Assembly (NCBI GenBank): GCA_013265495.1
Contig: MU062317.1
Location: 558,001-622,000 of the forward strand
DNA from: Vicugna vicugna
Lineage: Eukaryota
Length of the DNA: 64,000 nt
Direction: 5' to 3'
The notes under the pieces are model-generated. The model was given only the letters and a program-made list of their open reading frames with translations. It ran no database searches and was not told where the DNA came from. The translations under genes and the position numbers were made by a program. This document shows positions 1 to 11,500 of this stretch, piece by piece; positions within the stretch are counted from its first letter, which is position 1, and each line of letters begins with the position of its first letter.

Positions 1-1499
1 TTCCACAAGACTTCGGGGGTGGGGCCGGGCAGGGAGGGGCACGGGGGTGAGGGAGGCTCAGAGCTTGGAGGGGAGCCCCTGGGCACAGTGAGCCTTCCTC
101 TGCCTTCTGTGCGGCCAACTGAGCCACCTCCACCCCAGACAGACCACCCCACGGGGCCCCTTAGTGCCAGCACAACCGTGACCAAGCCACGAGCCCCTCC
201 AGCCTTGAGGCCACACACCTGGCAAGGAGTGGCGGACACGACCAGGAGGGAGCAGAGGGCAGCCGGCAGAGGGCAGCTCTGTCCCTCCTGAGGACCAGCT
301 CAGACATCCGAACGCTCCAAGCCCTCCAGATGCTACAGAGACCCCACCGGCATCCTCAAACAATGGAGAGGAAGGGAGCTGGGACCCCCCCCCACAAGCT
401 GCCTACCAGGACTCCTAGGGGACCAGTCACTCAGGCCCTGATGACAGAATGTCACTGAAGGAGAAACTGGGACTCTCCCTTCCAGAAGAGAGAGAAAGGG
501 CCTAGGGAGCAAGTGGGAACTTGGACTTAGATAGGTAGTGAGCCTCCTGTCACTAGAGGTATGCAAGTGTGGGGATGCCTCAAAGGCCAGACCTCAGAAC
601 AGGGGTGTGCGGAGCAGAACCCCACAGGCAATAAAGAACCCTGGCAGGTGCAGCTTTAGCTGAACAACCTTGTCTGGGAGGACCGGCCTCAGTGGCCCCC
701 GACCCCCACCCCTACCCCCATGGGCCCAGGAAATAACAAAGACAACTCCCCAGCACCACTTGTGCGAAGCCCCAGGCCTCATCACCGCCACCAACCAGCA
801 GTGAGGGAGCGAACTTCCCCAGATGAAGAGGCCTGGGCACCGACAGGACCGGGTGCCGCTCGGGGGCCCCTGAAAGTCCCGGAGTCAGCCTGCGCCCACA
901 GCTGGAGCATGAACCAGAGACAGCTGCTGGGGGCCGTGGCCGAACCCAGACCCGGGACTGGCCCCTGCAGAGTCTGACCAGGCTGCCTGCAGCTCCGCTC
1001 CACCTCTGGCCCCCAGGAGTGTGGGGAAAGCACAGCAGGGGTCAGCAGGGCAGTGGGGCCGGTGGGAACCAGTTCTTAAAGTGGCAGAACCTCGGGGTCA
1101 CCTGCTCAGCACCCCTGCGGGGCAGGAACCAGCCACCCCGCAAGGACTCCCCCGCTCCAGGGTCCTGCTTCCAGGGGCTGGCAGTGAGCACAGAGCTGCC
1201 GTTTCCGGAGGAGGAGATGTGACCCAGCGGCCAGGACCTGCCAGGTGTCCCCTGGATGTGCACAGGGCTGGGCTCACTCTCCCCTCCTGGGGGGGTGCAG
1301 GACACTCGGAGGGTCCCTGGGACGCCCTTTCCTGCCAGTGCCCTGTGTGCCCTATGTTCACAGGCGCACTGGCGGTGTATGGGGTTTGCTCAGTGTCCCT
1401 GGAGCCTTCACTCTGTCCCCGTGGGGATGTCAGGCAGCCCCTTCCCCCCCAGCTGCAGCACGGATAGTGCAGTTCAGCGGCTTGGAGCCCAGCCACAGG

Positions 1500-1665
1500 G
1501 TCCCCATGCCAGCACCCCTACTTACTACCTGCGGGGCTCCAAGCAAGCTACTTTTCCTCCCTGTGATTCGGTCTCCTGGATGGTAAAATGGGACAATAAC
1601 AGATTCTACCTGATGGGTTGCTGGCAGTTTCAAGAGTTAACATAAACTCAAAGAGCCTAGCGCAA
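1500..1665 (-). mobile_element. MIR
   Basis: gtaaaatgggacaataacag core. Confidence 0.5.
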
Positions 1666-2282
1666 TTCACAGCTCTCGGGGAGCAGCCGTGGGGCTGTGG
1701 GATGTTATCAAAATCTCGAGCGGCAGCCAGAACGTTCCCAAGCGCAGACAGGCAGGACCCGGGGTACATCCCTGAGTGCCCGTCTCACATCCGTGCTTGG
1801 AGATGACAACCTGGACACCAAACCCGCGTACGACAGATGCTCAGCGCCAGCCCGGCACTGCCTGGAGTAGGTGACCTCCCTGGACCCCGGCACCGGCCTT
1901 AGAGGACGCCAGGTGTCAGGGCCGGCAGACTCCTGCCCACACAGGATGGGATTCAAAGCAGCGCCCCAACCTGCTGGCCGGGCAGTCTTGAGACTGGTCT
2001 GCCTCTGCCCCACGGAACTCGCCAGGGGCAGGGGGGACCACGTCCATCCCCTCTGGGGCCCTGCGGGAGACTGGCCCCCTCTGGCCAAGCGTCTGAGGGG
2101 TGGGCACACCCAGACTGCCCAGCCCGGAGACCCACCTCCTGCCCGATGCTCCTCCAGGCCAGGCGGGAACCCTGAACGGACAGAACACAGGCATGCTCGG
2201 CCCTCCCTTGGTGCCCAGGACATGGCCACCCCTCCCCACCCTACGCCCCACAGATGACGGCCGGAGCAGGGGCACCACTCAC

Positions 2283-2525
2283 CGTCCAGGTGGCCGACTT
2301 GGCCGTGCTGGACTGCTGGAAGGTCACCTCGAAGTGGTGGGGGCCAGGGTAGTCGGCGTTGGAGGGGATGACGGGCGCCGGCGACATGGTGTCGAAGGTG
2401 GAGCTGGGCTGCGCGTAGGGTGAGTGGGTGGGCACGCTGGCGGCGTGCTCCGGGGTGTAGGGGCTGGCCGGGGCCGCGCGGCTGCTCATCTGGTCCATGG
2501 TGCTGCTCAGCAAATTGAACTGGGA
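2283..2525 (-). CDS. TP73: TP73 exon 4 (243 nt; [12 protein letters not shown]...[13 protein letters not shown]), proline-rich region and start of the DNA-binding domain
   Basis: Translation matches p73 ([46 protein letters not shown]). Acceptor cccgctag at 2526-2533 and donor gtgagt at 2277-2282 on the - strand; 81 codons, phase 0/0. Confidence 0.98.
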
Positions 2526-3634
2526 CTAGCGGGAAGGGGAGGAGGGAAGGGGGAGACACACAGTCAGGCTGGAGAGTGGAAGCTGGAGTCCCAGTCCGGG
2601 AGGTGTCCTGTTACAGGAGCCTTAAAGGGCCAGCGGCTCAGTCATCCCAAATATTTCCTCGGCCCCCTCCCACCCGACAGGTCACTACTTGTGTTGGGAT
2701 AAACTGACATATTCACCTCGCCCTGCTCTCTCCATCACCCTCCCGGGTGCCCGGGTGTCAGGGGCTCCACAAAGCACACCTAGTGGGGGAGATGCCTGTG
2801 GGGGTGGCTCCCAGCCCCGGACACCTTCCCAGCTGGGCTGCTCTCTCCAGGGGCAGCGCCTACACCAGACATCCTCACCTCTGCCCACCGCACCCCCTCT
2901 CCCCACAGCTGCAGCTCAAAGTGGGGAGACCCCGCGCCTGGGAGCCGGGCAGTGGGGGAGACAGGGCCAGGGCAGAGGGCGGCCCCTGCATGCAGGAGGG
3001 CACACCCCAGGCTCTGAGGCAGGAAATGCCTGAGAGGCCCCCGGGGGAACAGATGTGGCCTGAGGTCCAGCTGTGCAGGTGGCCGGGCAGGGTTGGGGTC
3101 TGAAGGACACTGGCTGAGCCAATAGCCCCTTTCAAATGCCCTCTGTATGTGGGGCTGCCCCGTCCATCCCACACCTGAAGGACCTCGACCCCCACAGTCT
3201 CCACTGCTCCCCTGCTCCCCTGCCTGCAGCTTCTGCCTGGTCCACGCCCTCTGCCCATCCCGGGGCACTGGCAGCCCAGCCCCCTCCCCCGGGCCACACA
3301 CGGAAGGAAGAGGAACTCCTAGCCTCGCGGTGTGGGCGTGTCCCCCGGGTCACCCTCTGTGGGATCCTGAGTGGGACGCATCAGCCGCTGCCAGGAGCTT
3401 AAGGGAGGCCCCCGTCAGGGAGAGAGGGGGCGCCGGTCCACACTCCACTGTCTGGAACCCAGCACAGATCAGACCCCACAGGAAGGCTGGCAGCGAAGAC
3501 CCCCTTCCCAAACTGGAGGCTCCAAGCAGGAGGGTAACACAGTAGCTGACAGGGGCCATACCTGCTCTAACCACAAACGCTTAAATAGCTCCTCTGAGCC
3601 AGCGGGGCTCCGAGCAGCAATTAATTCATCATCA

Positions 3635-3720
3635 TGACCTGAAGTGGGCGCTACTGTCCCCGGTTTGAAGATGAGGAGACTGAGGCATGGAGCAGGCAGG
3701 ACCTGCCTGAGCTGATGCTG
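3635..3720 (+). mobile_element. MIR fragment
   Basis: tgtccccggtttgaagatgaggagactgaggca core. Confidence 0.55.
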
Positions 3721-4734
3721 TGGCCCCAACAGAAGACACAGGAGACCAGCCTGAGAACCCCGGGGACGGTGAGCTGAGAGGCCTCTGTCTGCAGGCAGGG
3801 GGCCTGAAGTTCCCATAGCAGGGTAGGGGGGTGGAGGCAGACCCGACAGCGGGGCCCTTGCGCCCTGCCCTCTGTCCCTTCCTCCACGTTCCTTGGAAGA
3901 GCACCCCGCACACATCCTGGGGGCCACCCCGTGCTCAGCCCCCTCTCCGCATCCCAGTCTTTCTTCCATCAGGAGGGCTGGGCGGCCCCTCTAGCTCATA
4001 ACCCACCCCTCAGAGTGTCCACATCTCCGAGCCCCAAGCCCCCTCCCGGCCTGCAGAGGGAGAGCCCCTCCTGAGGTCTGCCCAGCCCGGGGGGAGGGAG
4101 TGCAGCTCAGGTGACAGGTGACAGGCAACTTGTTCTTATCAGAGCCACTGCCCGCCCCCCTCCACGCAGTGCCTCTCAGAGGCCAGGCAGGCGCTTTCCT
4201 CGGATGATCCAGCCAACTGCCGCCCAGCGCGGATCAGCCCAGCAGACCCGTGCCCTCCCCCTCAGGGACAGCCAGCCTGGGGGAGGCTGCCGGGCACTGG
4301 CTCAAGGCGCTGGCGGAAACTGCCATCGGACAGATCTCCGGAACAGGCCTCTCGCTTTTCTATTGGCATCTCCAGGGTCATTCCCCCCACCCTGTGAACC
4401 TGGCGCCCCCACCCCGCCCTCCTAACCCCTGTGCCTCCACCTACAGAATCAGGGGGCCGGCCCACTCCCACCTCGTAGGTAGGCAGGTCAGCAAACTGCA
4501 GAGTCCGTGCGCTGGACTATCACCCCTCCGCGCTTAGAAAGAAAAGAACGTCTGCTGCTACAGCCCGGAGGGAACGCGGAGACACGTCACCGACGGCTCC
4601 GCCACGCAGCTCACACACTGCACGGCTCCCTCAGCGTGAAAGTCCCGGGAAGGCAAACCCACGGGGACAGGCGTGGACGGTGGCAGCCAGGGCTGGGCGG
4701 GGCTGCAGGGTGCTAGCTAAGGGGGTAGGATTCC

Positions 4735-4815
4735 CTTCTGAGGTCGTGAAAATGTTCTAAAGTGGACCATGGTGACAGGTACGCGTATCTGTGAATACAC
4801 ATAAAAAACACCAAA
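4735..4815 (+). mobile_element. L1M 3' end fragment
   Basis: gaaaatgttctaaagtgg...ggtgacagg...ctgtgaatacacataaaaaacaccaaattgt. Confidence 0.55.
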
Positions 4816-4855
4816 TTGTCCATCCACCCATCCATCCATCCTTTTGATTGACACT

Positions 4856-5355
4856 AAGTCCTTGGGATCGGCACCCACAGCACAGCTCAGTTCACCTGAG
4901 CCACAATTCCTGTGCCTGCGTGGGGATGCGTGGATGACCCATAGGACAAGTCCCATCCTTGTAGGGTCTTTAAGGAGGCGAGTTGTGTGACATGCAAATC
5001 ATAACTCAATAAAGCCATTTAAAAGAAAACAACTGAGGGACCCAGGGACCCGGTCCTCTCTCCTGGCCCAGGGCTGTTGATGCGGGTGGGGTGGGCTGGG
5101 GTGGGGAGGGACAGCCGACTGCCCCTGGAGGCCTGGGCTGGGGGCCCCAAGTGCTCTCACACCCCCAGTGAGTGTCAGCTCTCTGCTCTGGGAGTGCCCT
5201 GCTTCTGTGTCCCCCTTCTTACGTCTCCCCAACTGGACTTCAGACCCTACAGGGATGGAACTTGTCCTATGGGTCATCCATGCATCCCCACGCAGGCACA
5301 GGAATTGTGGCCCAGGTGAACTGAGCTGTGCTGTGGGTGCCGATCCCAAGGACTT
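4856..5355. repeat. Inverted repeat, arms 4856-4969 and 5242-5355 (114 nt, 4 mismatches)
   Basis: Direct reverse-complement comparison; the right arm runs into the gap. Confidence 0.95.
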
Positions 5356-5558
5356 NNNNNNNNNNNNNNNNNNNNNNNNNNNNNNNNNNNNNNNNNNNNN
5401 NNNNNNNNNNNNNNNNNNNNNNNNNNNNNNNNNNNNNNNNNNNNNNNNNNNNNNNNNNNNNNNNNNNNNNNNNNNNNNNNNNNNNNNNNNNNNNNNNNNN
5501 NNNNNNNNNNNNNNNNNNNNNNNNNNNNNNNNNNNNNNNNNNNNNNNNNNNNNNNNNN
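5356..5558. other. Assembly gap (203 N)
   Basis: Run of n. Confidence 1.
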
Positions 5559-8500
5559 CCTCCATATGGATGCCCAGGACTGAGGACAGGATGTGAGCCC
5601 ACCCCCTTCTTGACAGGAGGCCGAGAGACTGGTGGGTCCTGGGGGTAGGGGATGAAGCCTGCAATACCCCCACCGCAGAGATTTCCTCTCTTCCATGTAA
5701 CCCCTCTGGAGGTGGGTCTTCCCTGTTGGCTGCCAGACCAAGGCGGCCCAAGGACTGCTGGGAGCCTACCTGTCTGGCCTCAGACATGAGCTGAGCGAGG
5801 ACAGCTCAGCCAGGATTTCAGGTCTGTCCCCCACCTCCATCCCCCACAGGAGGACGGCCAGGCCAGCGGGGCAAACAGCCCCTGCCTCCCTGCTCAGAAG
5901 TAGGAGGCAGTCCGACGACAGCGGTGTTCAGATTTCAACTTGTCCACATTCTTTACTGATCTGAGGCGAGTGCCGGGGAATTAGTCACTGAACCACAAGG
6001 AGCGGGGCTGATAGGATCTCCACACCCAGCAGCCACAAGGCGGGAGGGAGCCCAGGGGCTTCCCAGGGAGCCGTGCACGAACTGCAGGTGCTGAAGCTGC
6101 AGCCCTGTGGGCCCTGGCGGCCAGCGAGGTCCCGCATCCTCTCACGCCAGCCCTCCGAGGTGTCGGACTCAGTGGCCGCCTGAGGTCCGGGGTCCTGGGG
6201 AGCCCCTTCCTCCCCTCCCCAGGAGCCTGAGGACGGTGGCCCTGGGCTGGGCCCAGCTCGCTGGGGAGGATGCTGTCCGGGTGGCCCGTCGGGGCTGCTC
6301 CTTCTCCTGTCCTGCTCCCCCGGATGCCCCCCACACCCCGAGAGAGGCGGAGATGGCTGTCCCGCGGGTGTCCCTGCCGCAGTGGCAGCGGCAGCTCTGA
6401 GCACAGCTGGAAGCCCGCCGATTAGGAAGCGCTGCATCCTCGCCCCAAAAGGCCCTTTCTTCCCTGCCCGCGGGAGACTGCGCTTCCTCCCAGCTCAGTG
6501 GGCGGGAGGGCTGTGCTGGGGGCCCGCCCGCCTCAGACCCAGGCGCTAACAGCCAGGGAGCCCAGACCGAGGGGAAGCCAGACGCAAGCCCGAGGTCCAA
6601 CTTGGCCGCATCAAAGCCAGCGGGGGTGGGGGGTTCTCCAGAACCAGAGGCCCCTTCGGCAGCAGGGAAGAACTCGGGCAAAACCAGGACATTTTTGGTT
6701 TGTTTTGCTTTCAATAAGAACTCCCAGGAGAGCGGGCTGATCGGGACACGCCCGGCCCGCGGCGGCCCTCATGTGCCTACATGTGCATGCAGGGCTCCTG
6801 GGCCCGACCCAAGGAGGGCCATGAGCGAGCGGGCAGGCGGGCAGGCGGCGGGCGCCAGCGGGTGGCCTCCCCTCCAGCCTCCGCGGAAGCGCGGGGCCTG
6901 CCTCGGAGGCCCCGATGCCTTGGGGTGCGGGTGGGAGCTCGGGGAGGGGTCAGGCGAGCACATCGCTCTCAGGTCCTCAGAGCGTCCTGCAAAGCCCAGT
7001 GAAGCCCTGGGAGCCTCTCCCACCAGGACCCGGCAGCCCCTCCAAGACAGCCCCATCCATTTGCTGCACACACATGCATTCTGATGCGCTCTGTCAACTT
7101 GGAGAAGGATGCTGGGCAGGGCAGAGGGGTCAGAGCTGCCCTCCGGGTGCAGGTGCGGATGGTCTGCACAGCGAACCGGGTCTGCGTCCCAGCCTCTGTA
7201 GGGCAGCGGGCTTGCTCCCGGGGTCAGCGTTTCTTGGGCAGGAGGCCCGGGTGGCCTATCTTTGCTCGGCGTCGGGCGAGGGCACACCCTGACAGCCACG
7301 TCCGGGCATGTGCTCGCACACAGGGCCCAGAACACACGCAGGCAAGTGGCTTACACCTCCGGCTGTGGCCACATGTCCGTGGAGAAAGGAGGCCGGGTAG
7401 GGGTTGGGGGTGAGGGGGCCCCGCCCCCTGGATGGACATCTCGCCCTGCTCCGGAAGGGAGCTGGCCTCTGCCGGATTCTGGAGTCCTAGGAAAAGGAAG
7501 ACGCTCCCCGAGGAGCAGTGGGGAGAGGTCCGAAGGGGGCTGCCCTGGGGTAGGGTCTGGTTCCAGCTCCCTCCTCCCCTCCCCTTCCCGTCCTAGCCGC
7601 ATCAAGTCCCCAGCCCCTGCCCCCATCTGCTGGGGGCCTTCCTGGGCACAGGTTAGCACCAGATTGGATGCTCAGAAACTCTGGGTTAAATGAATCAGAC
7701 CCTGGAACTCACAAGAAGACCCCACAAGTCACACAGGCCTACTGCTCTGGGCGCACTTTGAGGCCCAAGGCAGCTCCAGCCCACGGCAACGCCTCCAGAA
7801 GACCCCGGTGAGAATGGCCACGTTGCACTGACCAGTGTCCCTGCCAGCGCCCCGGGGGCCAGGCCACCTCCCTCCAGGGTGCTCCCCACGGGGGTGTCCC
7901 CCCACGTCCTACCCTGCCCCCCACCTACCGATCGCCGTCCTAACCAGCCGGCGGAACTGCACGAGCTGGGCTCTCCCGGCTCCACGGGGTTGGTCTTTTC
8001 CTTGCGAGCTGGGTTTTGGGATTTTATAAGTATCCCATTTTGTGTATTTATTTAGAATTTGTGAACCATCTCGAATGATTTTGGGGGACGTACATGGAAA
8101 ATAAACTTACAAAGTCTGTGTCCCACTCCCTCCTAATCTCGCGCCTCTTCGCGTCCGCCACCACCGTTAGCAAGGCTCCAGGCCGCTAACGTCAGACACC
8201 GGAAGCACAGGCGGACTGCGACCACAGGCACGGCAGTCGGGGGACACAGCACAGATTTACATTTGGGTACCACAACCAGTGGAAGTTTTTTTTTTAAGTG
8301 AACGTGATAACAGAAAATCTTGCCAGTAAAACTTAAAACCATTCTGGTTACGTTCCCAAAGGCTCACGGTTTCAGGCTGCCTCAGCGGTCGGTCGAGGGG
8401 ACACCATGCTGAGCAGGGGCAGCTGGAGAGCCCTGGGCTCAAACATGGATTCAGGAAGCGTCTGTTTGTCCCAGCCACAGGGACACAAAGATTCAAAAGA

Positions 8501-11500
8501 CCGGACTGCCGCTCCTTTGGGCAGTGATGACAGCTCCCAGGGAGCCCCAGTTTCCAGCCTCCTTCAGACCCTGCAGGTCGGTACCATGGGGCCTTTGCTC
8601 ATGCTGTGCCTCCCACCCCCAGCGCCATGCATCTCCTCTAACTGTATGGCCTCTCAAGGCTCACCTCCTCCCTGAAGCCTCCCAGGCTCTCTCCAGCTGT
8701 CCGGCTTCTCCAGGTAGAGTAAGGACTCAATGACTCACACCCTTGTGGGTTTGCATCTGTGCCCACCGTTTACCAAGAGCTTCTGTGAGGGCCCAGGAGT
8801 TAACACCCTGAAACCTGAGAATGGTGCCCAGCACACAGCGCGCGGAGAAGTGTCTGCCGTTGTTCCTACTGGCTCCCTCTCCCCCTACCTGCCCCAGGTG
8901 GGCATAGGTCCTGTGGCCACGGTCCTGGGAGCTACACATGGATGGCCGTCGTGGAAACACACCACTTCCGATTCTGTCTTTTACAAGCCACAGGAAGGCC
9001 AGCTCGCACATCCTGCATTCTTCCACATTTCTGCCAGAAATGGAGGTTTCATGCTTTTAAGGTTTTTACTGTTCCTTCAGGGTCTGGTTGGGAGAAGACG
9101 GTCACACAGGGCACCTTCCCGAGGCCCTGAGGGCCAGTCTCTGGGAGCTTGGACCTTTTCTGGCAGCTGGGACCCACATTCCCCTCCTCCCTCCCAGAGC
9201 CACTTCAGTTCAGCAGAGAACAATCCACTGGGTCACAGCGCACCCTTCCCTCCACACCCAGAATGGGTCTGAAGGGACTCAGCAAGGACAGGAATGACCG
9301 GACAACTCAGAGAGCACAAGGGAGCCTGTCGGGCGGTGGTGGCAGGAGCTGGCAACCGGCGTAAACAGGGACCCAGGACAAGACACGCGATGATAGGCTC
9401 CCCACCGCCCAGGGAGCAGGGACGCCTCCGCTGGGTCAAGACAAGGAAACTCCTTCGCGGTGCAGAAGTGCTGAGACGGGAGGCTCCTGCTGAGCCAACC
9501 TCTCTCCACTAGAGCAGCGCGTGGCGTCCAGGAGCCTTCCTCCTATTTGAGTTCCTGCTTCTAGGTTAAGAACCCGCTGCGTGTCTAGGACCTGCAGCTC
9601 ACACAGGCAGCTGTCCAGCAGGCCAGCACATGGTGCCCAAAGCATGTGCCCCGGAAGGCATGAGTGCAGACCTTATCAGAGCCTTGAGGACAGCCACTGT
9701 GTGAGGCAAATCTGGGAGAGAGAAGTGTCACAGAGGGCTTGCTGACCGGGAGCTCCTGTCCCCACCAGGCTGGCTGGCGGGGGAGTGCGGGAGAGGACCT
9801 GACACAGCTTTGGCTCTTTAAAATGCCCCTGTTTCTGGCAGAGGGGAGGCTGGAGGGGGACAGTTCCCTTCCAGACAGGCAGGGATGAAGTCCCACCCCG
9901 TAGGACAGGAGACCTGCTCCTGTCTCCCACCCCGGGGCAGCCCAATCCCACTGGCCCATCCCAGTGGCCTGGCCGCATGGCTTGTCCATTGCCCACTCTG
10001 TTCTCAAGAGGAGGCCCAGAGATCTGATGACAGTGGCCAAATGGCAGGACACCCTGTGTCAGCTGGGCCCAGGGGCACCTCGTCTGCCTGGGGGGACTGG
10101 GCTGGGTCTGCACTGCCGGACTCTAGGGAAACCAGGAGCGTCCCTGCGAGGCCCCTCCTGGGCTGTGCCTGTGCCCTGCCCCTTCCAGGAGGGCACCCGC
10201 CTGGGGCGGGTGCGTTTTTGAAAAAGGAGGTCCTGGGAACAGCAGCATTTAAGGGCCCACCGGACTGGAAGGAACAAAGGCTCCGGTTTGTCTTTTTTCT
10301 CTATTTTTGGAGGAGTTGTCCTTTTTTAACTGAGGGGAGGGGGTGTCCCTTTTTCTCTGGCCCTAAGCCTCCAAAGCACACAGCGAAGGCTTCACCGCGT
10401 GCCCAGCATCTCAGCACTCGACCCCCACGCTTCCCAGAGCTGAAGCGTGCGGGGCACATGGCGCCCTGTGCAGAGACAGCACACTGGAGGCAGCTGGGCG
10501 GGGATCCCCTGCCCCAGGCTCTTCTCCCTTTGTGGTCTCAGCTGAGCTCAGGAGGGTCACGCAGGGGACCCTCAAGAACCCAGAAAGGACGTCTCGCCTC
10601 TGAACTGGCATTTTCTGTGTCTTCCATCCTCTCCCCAAGGCTCCTGACGGCGGGAAGTGAGGATGTTTTCAAAAACACCCAAGAAGCCCAAACGTGGCTG
10701 CAAGCACAGTCCGCCCGCAACCCTCCCACTTGTGGGAGGCGGTGGGAGTTCCCCAGTCCTCCCTCCCTCCCCATTTCCCTGCCCCGCTTGCTTCCTCCCT
10801 CTCCCCTCCCCCTCTCCAGCCTCGCTGGGTCTAGCACCGAAGTCTGCCCAGGCGCCCTCAGGGTCCCGCGGGGACAGGGACGGGCTCTGCAGATGCCCTC
10901 CAAGGTCAGCCCCAGGCCTCCCCCAGCCCTGTTCTCCCCACCCCCTGCAACCTTTGACATGCTACGCATGCCCACCAGCTCACAAGGGGCTGCCTCTCCT
11001 CCCCCAGCCCCTTCCTCACTCCTTCAGCCAGATTCTGCCCCAGGCCTCCTCCAGCAGCCTGGCCTGCAGCCAAGCCCAAGGCAGGGCCACAGAGCCCTCC
11101 TTTCCCGGGTGGGCGAGCTCACGGTGGGAGCCCGCGGGGAACCCGAGACTAGGGTCTCAGCTCCCCCTTCACCATGGCCTGGCTGTGTGATCCAGGGCGG
11201 TGACCGCTCTGCGGAAAACAGTGTCCGCTGTGGTTTCCTCATGGGACTAGAGTGTGGATCCAAATCGGAGGAGGCTGGGTGCAGGGGTCACCAGGTGGAG
11301 CCCCACCACACACTCCCCACGCTCCGCTGGGCCCTCCACTCAGAGGCCCCTCCCCACGCCTGTCCTGCTCAGATGCTGTCTCCTGCAGTGAGGCCCCCAG
11401 CCCACCTCTCCCACTCCTGGAACCCAGCACCGCCTACCCCGGCCTCTGCCCTGCATGTTCCCACTCACTCTGCTGCCCACACCGGGAGGAGTTCACAGCG

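Noticed and set aside
1708-2559. 283-aa - strand ORF overlapping TP73 exon 4
   Set aside because: Alternative frame of the exon plus intron; the real frame is defined by the splice sites at 2525 and 2283.
4999-5787. ORFs spanning the N-gap
   Set aside because: Open only because N codons are not stops.
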